Source: Syncephalis fuscata S228 (Eukaryota > Fungi > Zoopagomycota). From it: a stretch of 64,000 bases of DNA. The stretch covers positions 372,001 through 436,000 of the forward strand of contig JAHLTZ010000023.1 in assembly GCA_025786725.1 (NCBI GenBank), written 5' to 3'. The notes under the pieces were generated by a model. That model ran no database searches, was not told where the DNA came from, and was given only the letters and a program-made list of their open reading frames with translations. The position numbers were made by a program, and so were the translations under genes. Below, piece after piece: positions 1 to 13,571 of this stretch; the stretch's first letter is position 1; each line of letters begins with the position of its first letter.

Positions 1-3000
1 ATTGGCCACCAAGATCAAGACTATCTTTAGGTACTGTTATAGGTTCGCCTTGTACAATATAGGCATGTGGATAAAGTAGACGAATACCTGGATGCAAGTT
101 ATGCATATCAACTACAATACTTGCAATAGTCGGCGATCGTACGGTTCGTGGTACTTGTTTGTTCACCGGTAATGAAGTGGATCGAGGTGGATGCCAATAA
201 ATTGGATTAGGCGCAGTTATAGGCACATCAGGTACAGGCGGTGGTGTAGTTGATGTTGGCACATGATCAAATTCATCATCAGGCGCTAATAAATTAATAT
301 TAATAAATAAACAACTTTAAATAGCAAAGTAGTTACCAAGTGACGGATCTACCGTCTCACCACTAGCCGTACTCATATTGTCTTTGGCATGTCGACCACC
401 CTATGATTATTATAACAGTTATTATTACTATTGCAATAGTATTCGGTATTTAATGTCTATTTACCTGAACTTCATTTGAAAAGCATACCATTGCATTCAT
501 TAGATTATTTGCTTTATCAATATTAATGTCAAGCGTGACCGAGTAGACCGAGCGATTCTTCCATCGACCTAGAAAGCCAGTACGCTCCTCTTCAACGGCA
601 TATACACCTTGAGGGCCTGGCTCTCCCGCCCGCATCAACACATTATAAAGATTAGGCAATAGATTCATAGCATCGCCCGCTGGATCCTTTTCGCCAAATT
701 CAACATCTTGCAATACATCAGTAACAAATCGTATTTCTTCGCAGCCATTTTCAAGTGCCATACGCCAAGCAATAATAAGATGTGGCGAATTATCGACTGG
801 TTTGCCATCAAGATCGACAATTTGATACATAATTACACCGGCTGATGAAGTGGCCGATGGATCAGCCGAAAATGAACCGGCTGCCCGACCTGATGGCAAT
901 AGTGCACGATCAAATTCATCACATAAATAACTACGCACCGAGTAGAAACGACCCGATTGTAATCTTAATGATGGATGTGAGTTTTTAAGCGTAAATTGTA
1001 CCTGTGAAGGCATACGCCCAAGTGTAGCACCACCAAATGTTGAACGTCGTTGTATAGCGGCTGTCGTATCAGTTACTGGTGCAAAGTTGACCGATAATAC
1101 AGGACTATCCTCAAGACTTAAATAGCCTTCAGCTATTAAAGAACGTACGTCGCCTTTAAATGATGTCATACGTGTAATACGATGTCCACGATAACTACGG
1201 CTTAGTGCAGCCAGAACAAAGAAAAGAAACCGTGTTGCTGAACTGCTTGTTAATTGTTCATCATCATAGGCAGAAAAGAACTCAACACCATAACGTATTT
1301 GAGTAATGGTGGGTGCTGTCCAACTAACCAGTATGTAAAGTCGCTGATTACCATTACCTTTACCGCCTATACTTGTGGCCGATAATCGTTCACCAAGTGA
1401 ATTTGATGATGATGATGATGATGGTGGTGGCAATATAAGATTCTCGGTTGCTTGATAAACAACATGTCCCATAAGCGATCTCTCCGATTCACCTACAAAT
1501 GCCGATAGAATATCATGGGCACCTGAACGCAATACACCAGCACTGCCATCCTCACGAACAGCACCTTTTGAGCGAGCATCAATCGAACAAAGACACAATG
1601 ACATTGATGGATGTGCATTCTCTACTAGAACATACATGGAAAATGACCCAGTATAGCCTAGTGTATTTCGCTGGTTGGCTGCAGTGGCAGCAAGTAATTT
1701 TTTTACTTGAGCGGCTGCATGATTTGTACGACATCTAATAGTGGTGATTATATTGTATTAATTTACCATTTTGCCATTTTACCTATTTTCATTTATCGTT
1801 GTCAACTTACGTAAAAAATGTATGAGCAGGTAACCAAACCGGTAATAGCATACTACGATCCTCATGTTCATGGCTAAGATTGACTGTAAATCGCGCAGTA
1901 CTACCGCCCGACACATGCGTAGTTAATGTAAATCGAATACCAGGCATAAGTTCACCCGTCCAAAGACGCTGACCACTGCCACGTACCATCATTTCCCTCC
2001 ACATTAGCGAGAAGACCCGTTCGCGCTCATTATGGTCTTGTGGAAACTCTTTATGGTCCACTTGAAATACAGTCATATGAAATCGACCTACACCCGTATG
2101 TGGTACATCCCAGGCAACAGCTACAAAGATACGACGTTGCCATACCCGATCTTTGGCTCGTGTTAACTGATATACAAGCCAGCCACGACCAGCACCGTAG
2201 ACTGCCGTGCGAAATTCGGCTGTTGTCATGCTTCCTGGCCGAATACGTGCCTCAGGTGCTTGTTGACAGCCACCTTTTGATACATCATGCTGTGATTCAC
2301 ATAACAGGATGTCTGAGTGCTGATTACGTAACTCAATTTGAATTTTACGTCTCATTCTAACACTGGATGGCATTACATTATTTGTTGCATCATTGGCCAG
2401 CATTGGTGGGGCAATTGAGCTGCTTACACGATGCGCCAACATTGGATTAGCTGCATTCGTTGTCATTAGTGGTGGATCCTGACCATTATTCATAATATTC
2501 AATGGTTTAAGCGATACAGGTCGGTTGCGCTGTCCTTCCTCGCCCATATCCTCATAGAGTTCAAGTCGTAAATCAGTAACACTTGATGTACCCATAGTGG
2601 CTGCTACTAATAATGAAGTGCCATCTTGTAAACGAATACGACGCTGTAACACCTCATCGGGTCCGTTTGTTTTAAGTGTAGATAATTGTAAATATTGTTG
2701 TTGCAACTCTTGTCGATCATCTGGAAATGTTGGAAAGTCTGCTTTAACCAATTCAAGGAAAAATCGATTAGCACCACGTAACGGCACATCCCATCCAATA
2801 ATAATAAATAAACGACCATCGGTAAGTGCCTTTCCTCCCTTTCGAGTTAATTTATACACGACACAGCCACGCGTACGAAAAGCGGTTAAATCGGTGCAGA
2901 AAGTGGCAATACGCTCATTATCACCGTATAATCCAGACATACGTCCATCGTCGACGGGTACAGTGGCGTGTGGTGCACGGCTACATCGACCGTTAATTAG

Positions 3001-3132
3001 GGCATGCCGCATGCCCCGTAACTCGAGTGCCTGGTGCCGGTTAACAATAACTAGTTTGACTTCACGGAACCTAGCATCATTCATGGCCATAAGGCCGACC
3101 GCCACTCCGTTTAATACTCCGCCGAATTCCAT
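1..3132 (-). CDS. Multi-repeat protein A with at least 5 actinoporin/aegerolysin-like beta-sandwich domains (runs off the window start)
   Basis: Exons 3132-1811, 1734-465, 400-337 and 285-<1 are joined in frame by GT-AG introns. The motif hxhxNxH..L....G..hY.h..hhhxW(DVP) recurs; the 5th copy (IVVDMHNLHPGIRL) starts near position 120. The family call is from motif resemblance only. Confidence 0.7.
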
Positions 3133-4187
3133 TGTGTAGAATAAGGTGTTAATGCGTCGGAGTGTCGGTATTTATATATGTGTGTGTGTAATAATATATA
3201 ATATACTATACTATACCGTATACTATAACTATATTATATAAATACAGGCTAATGAGTTGAAATGACCAACAATAGCAACTGCCAGTATTAAACTAAAGAC
3301 CAGAAGTAAAAGCCGAAGAAATGGACACACCAATGTAGATAGAAAACAAATGATAAACAGATGAAGATGAAAAGAATGCGTATACGCGCCCCGCTAAGTG
3401 TAATACACGATAACTACAAAAAGCATTAGTAGCTATGCTCAATCTTACTATAAGGTAGATTGCCGTGAATTGCTACTATAGCTAAAAGAAAGAAAGAAAG
3501 AAAGCAAGCGAAACGGAAGGTGGAGGGAAAGAGTGAATAATAGTGGTAAGTAATTGGCTTAATTAATTAGCCAAAGTGTTAAATATGTTCATCATCTAAT
3601 GAAGTATATAACAATATTATTAATAGTTTAATATCATTAATAACAATAATGTTCCAAATACTTTAGATCCATCGGGCCAACGTTGTTATTGTTCGTAACT
3701 GCTCTTTATTTTTGCAGCTGGTCAAGCAATTGCCGCATGGTCAGCCAATAGAACGATGGTTGATTTCATTGTTCTATAGCATCAGCTATAAATAATCAAG
3801 TAAGGCTGCATTTTTTTATTTCCATCTACATATATAAATATATTCCAATGCATGTATATGTATATCAGTCAAGTAAATGGTTAAATGTGACGTTTATTTA
3901 AATGATCTGTGTCATTGTAAAGAATACAATAAGTTCTTTGTCTCGTTTTTGCTTTCTATAAATGACTATCTATTTTTGTAGGGAAAAGTTCTTTGTTAAA
4001 AATGCAACATTTGACAATGGTCATAGTTTTAAAAATGACTACTATTTTACTGATACATTTTATTGGATTACAATAAAATCATTTATTTGTCTAAATGTTA
4101 TTTCGTATATTTTTTATAATATCAAAATACACTGACTCATTATTAGTGTAGTTGTGCATATTGACCTACAGTTGCATGGGCGTTGTA

Positions 4188-4284
4188 TGTGTGTGTGTGT
4201 GTGTGTGTGTGATCTATTGCAAAGGTGTCGTTAACCTTGAGTACTTGAGTTTTGTGTGTGTGTATGTGTGCGTGTGCGTGTGCG
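4188..4284. repeat. (GT)n microsatellites in the divergent intergenic region
   Basis: Two GT dinucleotide runs at ~4188-4211 and ~4254-4284. Confidence 0.9.
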
Positions 4285-4461
4285 TACAAATATCTACTCT
4301 TTTACCAACTAAAATCTACCGTTTTTTTACTCTTTATTGTCGCTGTCACTACCCTTATTGTCGCCGCTATCGCCCACTACTGTTAGCTATTACCATCAGC
4401 TATTATTAAAGGAGCGCATCGTCTTGACGACGTTTGCCGACTCGTCTAAGCGCTTACTCCT

Positions 4462-7400
4462 ATGTTTTCCAAAGCGATTCGAGCTGCTTGTTACCGCGAA
4501 CTTCAAGTGGATGTGGTTAATCGACACTCCCGCTTGGAACTCCGTAATTTGCATTACCATGCCGCTTCCGGTCAATGTGTCCGACCGCCAAGTGCTGCTG
4601 TACTGATTAATTCTAGTTCTAGTGCTACATTTGGCACTGATCTAGCCGTTACTACCTGTACTGGCTGTATGCTCTATAGATTGACGCAACAAACAGGTGC
4701 CCCACTTCCCTCACGACTATTTCTATTTATTGCCTGGAAGATCACCACTGGCTCTCATTCTTGCTGGCTAGAAGTGCTAGAAGCGAATTATGATGCATTC
4801 CCGGCTGATAAAAATGAATTGCGTCGTCATTTTAACCAGATTACTATGGAAACATCCGGCGAGGAGCGTGGTGTGCTGCAGCGCAACATTCTTCTGCCCG
4901 GTGACATTTGCTTCTCAGTCGCTGCTGTTATGGGCGATACTAAAAAGACAAATATGCGCATCGAGTTGTATAATGGTGTATTTGATACTGGCTCACAACT
5001 TGTAACTGCTCCACTTGTATTAATGCCATTTGAGGAGGATGAAGTGTTTCACTTAGGTAATACAAATGATTGCACAACTTACTTATATGCTTACTATTGA
5101 ACTATATCACTATTATCACAATTGTAGATCCTTTAAAGGTAACCGAACAATTGCCAACCCATCAAGAGGTTGCTGCTGCATTGGAACAACAGTTACCTAC
5201 TGTTATGTTTTATAGTGAACATAACAAAGTTCGATTAATAGATCCATTCTTTAATCTTCAAAAGGGCTCACTTCATTCTATGCCCACTAATACGACTCTT
5301 TTCAATGGCAGTTTCTGTCAGTATTTGTTACAGCCAGCAAATGGACGTGCTCGTGGTAGCATGATCTATTCGTTGGTTGCAGCCTCTTCAACATCCGATG
5401 CCATCTTTCTTGCTTCGTATATGCCAATTACCATGTACATTCTCGTCGGATGGGATGTCAATATAAATGGATGCAGTCGCTTCTACATGGATGTAGTGTG
5501 CACCGACTCGGATTTACGCATTGATGAAGTAATACGACGTCGTGTATTTTCATTTGCTTTAAAGGAATTTGAACGATCCAACAACGACCCAACAATGATT
5601 ATTGGACGTCGTAAATTCACCGGAGAGTTACTAGGCGTGCCATTTTCAATTAGTGCTTATGTAAGATCGCCTCATCCTCATTCAGTATTTTTGGAATTCA
5701 CCGAAGATATTGGATACCGTACACTATTAAAACCAGTATGGCTACCAAGTAGAAACGATTTTAAGTAAGTAGTTTATATTTAGCGCTAGATTCGTTATTG
5801 ACGCTATTTACTAGTCATCAAACGTTAACTGGTGCTCAGCAAGTGGCACGAGAAAAGGAGCTGTCCTGTTTAATCGGATCGGTACGACAAAATACGCCTA
5901 GAATTATTATATTAGTTGAAAATACACATCCTCAAGTTGTATTAGAGCAATGTGACAGTGGCTTATACATTAACTCATTTAATCAATCAATTATACCACG
6001 GAAAATTGCTCCTGGTGAGATTGTAGTAGCTACTTCACAAGTAAATATAGAGAATCGTATTTTTTCTGGCCATATTATATATAAAGTCCATAATGCATAC
6101 ACAAGTACACAATCCGTCAATCCACCCTCCTCGGCCTTATCTTTTATTGCAAACCATCGTGATCGTAACTCAAGTAGTCCAGGACGTAGTAGCGGTAAAC
6201 GTTTTAGCGTAGCACGTGCATTTAAAGCAGCCAAATCTGCACTTTCAACACGCGATACTGTAGTGCCCGAATCGCCAATATCCCATATATTTCTCATTAT
6301 CAATTGGGCAATTGTAGCAGGACGACAACGTTTACTATTTAGCGCTGAATATATAGCAACAAATAATGCCGACTTTAACGATACTTCCAAGGCACAAAAT
6401 CGATATATGCTACTTGTTCTAACCGCTTTAACTCGAAGCGAACAAGGAAATAGAATGGTTCACTGGGCGCATGCATCTAATGGAAATGAACAGCCATCGG
6501 AAAGACCAAAGACAAGTTCGCGGTCATCAGTAGTGGCCGAGTCTAAAATGCAGCTGGATCCAACACTTGCCGTAGATAGTCATATGAGCTTGGAAACAAT
6601 TCCTGTATTATCTTTGGGCGTTCGACAATCTCCTGTAACTACAAATCAAGTAAGTGACTAGAAAGCATTATTTATATTCATTATACTAAACAGCATAATT
6701 GATATCATTACTAGAAACCACCTGTGGAATGTAAGTAACAATAATCGATATATGAGCCATTATTTAATAGTCTGTTGTATTTATAGCCGCATTAATGCCA
6801 TCTCATGTGTTTATATGCATTGATAATAGACACCCGCGCTATCAGCTTGTTAATGGCCGACACTATTCGATTGCTTGTGATGCCAACTTGCTTGATACTG
6901 CAATTCAGCCGTTTCACTCTTCTACCGGTGAATTCAGCATTGCATTGATGGCCACACGTTCAGTGGGCATTATTATATATGATGTGGTAGGCGACAAAGG
7001 CCAGATACTACGAGATAATCCATGCTTTGTCATTGCCTGGCGGTCTTCCTGTGATTACGGCCGTGATTTACGCTTTGTAGCCAATATACTTCAAGAAAAA
7101 GATACAGGCTACGATGGACGTAGTGGACTATTCTCACTGCCCAATCTTCATTCTATTTTATTTCAACAAAATACATATGATATGAAGAAGACTACACAAG
7201 AGAAATCAAACTGGTTTAACGAATGGACAGGGCTTATGAATGCCGGTGGTGTCTACACTACATCTCTTGACGTTAGTTTGTTGCAATGTGGTAAATTAGT
7301 GGCCAATGTAGTATTTTCCAATGCCATTGTGGTAAGTTGGCGGTTTACTAATTTATTAGCATTTATAAAAAGTATTAATTGTTAGAATAATCAGGGCACT

Positions 7401-8439
7401 ATAGAACAGGCAGAACAAATCCCAGAGCTGGAATCTAGTCGGTTACTTACACCGGTTTCGGACACCTTTAGTAAGAAGACTGAACAATTTATATATGTAA
7501 ATTGACGATTGTTTTAGGTGATTCAAGATTTGATACAGCTACCGTAACTGGCGTACAAACACCAACACGAGGATCGTCATCGGTTGCATTCAGCACAACA
7601 GCAACTACTGCAGCTGCAGCACCTAATTTATTTTTAACGATAAAGAATGAACATCGAGATGTGGTTCTTGAACGTCCATTTAACTATTCAATGGCCGGAG
7701 AATGTACATCGGTACCGGAGACATTATTAGCTGGTGGCTATGCTGTTGAAGTCGAATGCACGCCTGCTAATGAAACAGACACACCATGTGCCGGATTTGT
7801 TATCTACTCGTTGGTGGCGCCGATCCAGCATACATATCGCGTAATAACGGTGTTTACTTGGTTGTTGGATGGCGTACACGGTTTAGTTTGCAATCAGGTG
7901 GTTCGGGTGAATTTTTCTCAAATATAGTTAAAATTAGATTAAATGAAAATACTCGATTTGAAACTGCCGCTGCAGCTGAGCGCTTTTACGCCAAACTATG
8001 CGGTGGTCGACAAAACCCATTGGGCAAGAAAGTAAAGCGACAAGTAAATTTGCAAGGAATCGGTGATGTTGTTGTATCATCGAGTATGGTCTACGATGGA
8101 CTATTTAAATTTGATATTAAAATACACTCGGCTAATAGCAATGGGGATGAGGAAGACATGGGCGGTTTTAATCGTAACTTGGCTCGGCCAATTAGTGTTT
8201 ATTCTCGCTTTACAGCATCGCGTGTATCACTGGCACCTAGTATGATGACACAGGATACAAATAGAACTATTTTGGCAGTTCCAGATCACTATGGTTCATC
8301 GACTACGCTAATAGGTGCCGATCATCACCGTTATCCTTATAGTTCATTATCTCGTGCAACTTCTAATGCTCCGTCTCTTGCATTTTCACAAAGAACGCTA
8401 CTTGTTCCCACATTGGAATTGCCGGAAAATGAACATTGA
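4462..8439 (+). CDS. Multi-repeat protein B, paralogue of A, with 5 actinoporin/aegerolysin-like domains
   Basis: Exons 4462-5056, 5128-5764, 5815-6649, 6715-6730 (16 nt), 6787-7331, 7395-7470 and 7518-8439 splice in frame. One -1 frameshift near 7820 (GFVIYSLV to DPAYISRNNGVYLVVGW). Domains are colinear with gene A. Confidence 0.7.
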
Positions 8440-9219
8440 GATTGATTGTAACATTAGTATTTTCTAATAACGGCAATTTCAACAATAACAACAACAACAA
8501 CAATTATTTTAATGATAATCATTAGTATTTTAAAACTGATTTAACTGAACAAAGCAACAATTAACTAGCGATATTTAATTTATTCAAAACAATTATATAC
8601 GTATAAATTTTAAAAAATAAAAACTATTGGCCAACTTTTCTCCACTGGTAAGAGCTACTAATATTTATACGATATTATTTAACTAACCTGTTTAACTATT
8701 AACATGCTTTAATGCTTTTATAAAAACAATAGTTTTTGGCCCATTGGTTCAACTGCAAGCTATACAACTATCTTTTACTATACGGCTAATTCAATACCTC
8801 GTATCTATTTACTATTTTCACTGCTGTCATATTCACCGACATTTTCATTTGCATATAATTATTTGACATAGCCGCTGTCACTAATATTTAATTATTATTT
8901 AGTAGCGACATTATGGAACTGAAATTTACACATTTACCTTTAATCATTGAGGATTTTGATATGGTTGACTTGTGGCGATTAGTATGCCACACTTAGCGAA
9001 TACTTCAAAAATGTAACAATAGTCAACTGGCATTTCATTTCTTCAATCATTTGCGATTATATTATAGTCAGCCATGCACGCCATATTAGTCGTGTTATGG
9101 ATTGATATTATTGCAGTTATTCGTATTACATTGTTATTATAGCGAATATATATATTTCATTATTATTATTCAACAGTGCATTGTTTTATCAATTGTACAC
9201 AATGTCTATTAACATGTAG

Positions 9220-9281
9220 TGTTGTTAACAAATTATCAATACTTTATTGTTGTTAACAAATTATCAATACTTTATTGTTGT
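9220..9281. repeat. 28-bp perfect tandem duplication
   Basis: tgttgttaacaaattatcaatactttat occurs twice, followed by a partial copy. Confidence 0.9.
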
Positions 9282-9510
9282 ATTATTTATATGGCATTGT
9301 GGCAATATAAATACCATTTTTGTTTTAATCGAGTTAAAAGTCACAAATATAAACAATCCGTGCCATTAAATATAATATTTTATAAGTATTATTGAGTAAC
9401 ATAGAAAGAACTACTCTAAAGAGACGATTGAATGGCAACGATAGATTTCTTTCCCATCTTTGTTACTTTGTTACATTCCAACACTAAAAGGAATCAGCTA
9501 ACGGTGAACA

Positions 9511-10690
9511 ATGACCAGAAAAGTTATTCGACGACAATCTCCGGTGAAGCGAGTGGCTACTTCATCGTCGGTACCACGTGGCACTCAATGTAAGCATTAG
9601 TAAAAAATAAAATAAAGCTAATACAATATGTATGCTAACTGGATTGAGCACAGTAAAACGAACCAAAACGACGTCTATTACACAGTTAACAGACGAAAAT
9701 GCAACAAAGACGCGATTGGTTGAGTTACCGCCACGACTTGCCCGTAATGTAATGGATAACTTGGAATCTATAGCCACGTAAGTAGTCTGTGAATTTTTAC
9801 ATTAATTAATCCATTGATGCCAATACATACGCAGAGTGGTTATCAATGAAATTGAAAATGATCAAATGAAAAGCGATGTACAGCAACACATTAATAAAAT
9901 GCTAGAACGGTGAGTAAAATTGAAAGCAGATATAGTAACAATACCGGTAGCCTTATGTTTACTCAGCATTTGCAAATAGCGTAGAGCAAACCGCTAAAAA
10001 TCTTAGAGTGCCACCGGTTAAAGATGTCAAGAAACAAAAACAACGTGAAGCACTATTTCAACTAAATATTAATCAAGTAAATAAATGAAGGTTATTAATT
10101 TGTGTATTTTAATCTCAGCAACAATGTCGTGTAGCTTTTAGAGCAAGATCTTCATGCACAGTTGAGGAAAATAGGCCAACTAGAACAGGCTCACCAGCAA
10201 ATTAAAATGTAGGTGAATACTTTACAATATCATATACGCAACTCATAGCAATACCAGGATGTGTAATCAGGATAAACGTATATTGGAGAGTAGTCGATCC
10301 ATGCCGATCAATCCTCTACCAAAGGTAATTATAGCACAAAAGAAACAATAATTGGTATGCTAATGTAATATTTAGCTAAATGATACACTAAAACACGAGT
10401 TGGAGCGTCAATTTAAGGCAAATAACATTTTACCGAGGTCAGCGTCCAATTCATTTGAACAGTCGGCTAATTATGTGGTAAGTGGAGATTATTATGGCAA
10501 TATGATTGCTTAAATAACGATTAAATATTCATTTAAGCCGGAAAACGACGAAGAACTAGCGGAAATAACTGACAAGTTAGCGCGTCAGTTAGCCAAGTTG
10601 GAGCAATGCCATAGGGATCGAGTTATGTTTATTGATACATTATCAAACGCAAAACGAGCATTACTTGATGTGATGAATGCAAACTGCTAA
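9511..10690 (+). CDS. 8-exon coiled-coil protein, probable kinetochore CENP-Q/Okp1 homologue
   Basis: ATG at 9511, seven GT-AG introns, TAA at 10690. C-terminal YVPENDEELAEITDKLARQLAKLEQ and internal VEQTAKNLRVPP...LEQDLHAQL resemble fungal CENP-Q. Confidence 0.5.
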
Positions 10691-12189
10691 GCTGTGCCTT
10701 ATAATAACAATTATTGGATTATAAATAAATAGTTCTATTTTGGTGTAATACATGTAATTTTTTGCGTAAATTTACGTGATAAACTAAACTTTACAATACA
10801 AGACATTGGCTTGTCATTCTAATGATACTGTGATAAATCTTGCATAAATAACAATAAAATAGCACCAGCGTAAAGTCTAATACTTTATGAAAAGTAGATA
10901 ATCATTTATATTAAATGAATGTTATCCGTTTTGAATATATTTATTGTAAATACTATCACACCTTACACTTTCATAGTGCTGTGTTATTAGTATATACACT
11001 GTCTTCATTTTAACTTCCATACCAACTTATCTTTATGAACTCGTTATCACTATGGATATCCAATACTCGGTTATTGTCAAAGCCATAACTAGCTATAAAT
11101 ATTTAATTCAACACAAGATATAATAAATTAATAAATTATATACATATATTCTTATACAGTTCAAAGCATCAAGTATTTAACTAATACTTTAATAAATTGT
11201 TTAAAGCATGAAGGCCTCGTATAAAAAAGCATCATATTTGTCGATTTTACCAATAACAACATTCGATAAACCATATTCAGATGGTCTGCTGAATCCATAC
11301 TTTTCCAATGGTGGAAAATGTGTTGCGTCAATGAAACTTAATAGTTTATACTCTTTGTTATTTTCAGCTTATCCGTTAGTAAAACGTATTGGCGGGCTAT
11401 ACATACGACTAGTGCGCATGCCAACAAGCCATTTTTTGTTGTAATTTGCGTTAAATATTTTATATAATGGCCCAAGAAAGGAAGTAGGCTGACAAGGGAA
11501 TAAGCAATCTATTGAACGCAATAGATTTCTACCTTAAGCGTCTAGCACGTCAACTGATACACAGTGTTGAATGATAATGTGGCGCTAAATGTTCCATAAC
11601 CAATACAGTTTGCTACATTTGCTTTATTATATATAAAAAGTATGCACATTTTTTCTATATAAGCTAGAGCATCGATTATTGCGTTCGGGTAATATGAATG
11701 ACATTTGTTATATATATTTCTTAACAATTGACTTTTGGACATATGCTTCATTGATGTCATTATTTGCTATTGTCGACATTTAGATTTCGTACTATTTCAC
11801 GTTGTAATTGACTTGTCGTAGAACGAGTTGATACAGATAATGAATGATAATTGTAATGTTTGGGGCCTTCTATCTACTGGTTTGCATCTAAACCAAGTAT
11901 ACAATATTTATATCGTGTTTGTTTTTATCTGCAGCTTTTATGAGTACCTAGTCTTCATGAAGATCTGCCATTTTAATTAAATCTAGTTCTTTCAGTTGTC
12001 ATTTTTAATCTAAAGATAAGTAATGCTAACTAGTGAATTCCCAGTAACAGGCCATATTAAAAAAGCATGTCGCAATTAAATAATTGTCTAGCTGAAAATA
12101 TAATAGTTGAGAAGCTAGTAGAGTGTTTATCTAAAGCTTTAAAATCACCAAATTTATTATCTTTAATGTATTGTGTTTCTATCACTAAG

Positions 12190-12280
12190 GTAAGCAATTA
12201 ATTAGTAGTCACTGACGTTTAGGTGATAGAAGTAAATGTAAACAAGACGGTAGTTATTAAGTTGCTAGTTGTTACAATGT
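12190..12280 (+). repeat. ~90-bp dispersed direct repeat, copy 1
   Basis: gtaagcaattaattagt...aaacaagacggta...ttaagttgctagt matches 15732-15822. Confidence 0.85.
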
Positions 12281-12834
12281 AGTGCTAGGTTGTTAGTAAT
12301 TAACGATTATTCTTATGTTAATATTAGCAAAATATTATTTCATTATATAATAGTAATATATTTGTTACTATTCATGGTATATCTACAAATACAGTCAATT
12401 TATTGCCAATATGCATCACTACAATATTCACATTTAACACTACCATATTTATACCAGCCTATGATTATAGCTTACACGATATAATCATATACATTTTGTT
12501 AATTTAACTATTTGATTAATAGTTGTCGATTACTGAATATAAATAGAACATGGTTATATAGCAAATTGGTTGTATATAATTAAGATGGAACCATAAGTTT
12601 ATTATTATAAGCTTGTAAAGTTGAATAGAAACAACTAGATGCAAACATGTTGGTAAAATAATGATCTCATTGCTTAAATACTGGATAAACCGGAGCATTG
12701 GCCAAAACTTGATATATAAATAGACTGGACGGCGTAATTGTCAAATGATCTTGCTTTTCACCAAATATATACCTAAAGTGTATTGGAATAATGGCTTGAT
12801 TGCACTACCAATGCTGATGTCTTAAAACCGTCGA

Positions 12835-13571
12835 TTATGCTGTATTTACAAATAAAGATATTATATGTTATATGATTAATGTATAGTCAGTTAATACACA
12901 ATGCTACTTACTGTCTATTAATATTAATAATTAATACAATCAGAAAGTAGCAGTTAATGTATAGCTAATTAACACAAAATACCACTTGCTGTCTATTAAT
13001 ATTTGTTGATACACACATTACATGGATATAATTAGTGAGTAATTAGTTAATATACAATACAACTTACATGCGCCTAATGTTAATTTATTGATAGATACAA
13101 TACATTACACGTAATTAGTGTATACTCTATTGATATGCAATAAAACCTACCAGCTATTGATATTTATTTGTTGATGCACACAGTACATAGTATATAATTA
13201 GTAAGTAATCAATTGATATATAATGCAACTTACATTCCGCTAATATTAAATCGTTGAAACACAGTGCATGAAATATAATTAATGTATCGTCAATTAATAT
13301 AAAATGCTACTTACAACCTATTAATATTAAGTTATTGATACACACAATAAATAGCATACAATTAGCGTGTGAATAGCTAATATACGCTATTACTTGTCAG
13401 CTATTATAGTAATTAGTTAGAAATACTGTTAGTAAACAAAATATTATGGTATATTTATTGTTATTGCGACATACCACCACGGCGAACTAAGGCTGGTTTA
13501 GCATCTACCATGGCTGTACTGGCCATGATAGCCACGACAATGGTGCAAACGGCGGCAATAGAAAGCTTCAT
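12835..13571 (-). CDS. Small secreted pre-pro-peptide encoded by a signal-peptide exon plus an array of 3/6-nt microexons
   Basis: Exon 1 (13571-13475) encodes MKLSIAAVCTIVVAIMASTAMVDAKPALVRRG. Microexons: 13400-13398, 13317-13315, 13239-13234, 13153-13151, 13073-13068, 12992-12990, 12914-12912. Each lies between a TAG acceptor and a GTAAGT/GTAGGT/GCAAGT donor (the first has ACAAGT). The last exon starts at 12839 and gives TAA at 12837-12835. Confidence 0.7.
12840..13410. repeat. Degenerate tandem repeat of ~80-bp intron+microexon units (about 7 copies)
   Basis: On the + strand, 'acttac-nnn-ctattaatatt...ttgatacacac...ataattagtg' recurs every ~78-86 bp. Confidence 0.85.

Noticed and set aside
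11200-12070. Minus-strand fragment IIDALAYIEKMCILF, reminiscent of kinase subdomain VIa (possible decayed kinase-like gene)
   Set aside because: Many stops and frameshifts and no other kinase motifs; too weak to call.
12840-13410. CRISPR-like or plain minisatellite reading of the ~80-bp periodic repeat
   Set aside because: Units are degenerate, the variable part is only 3-6 nt and is bounded by splice signals, and there are no cas genes in a eukaryotic context.
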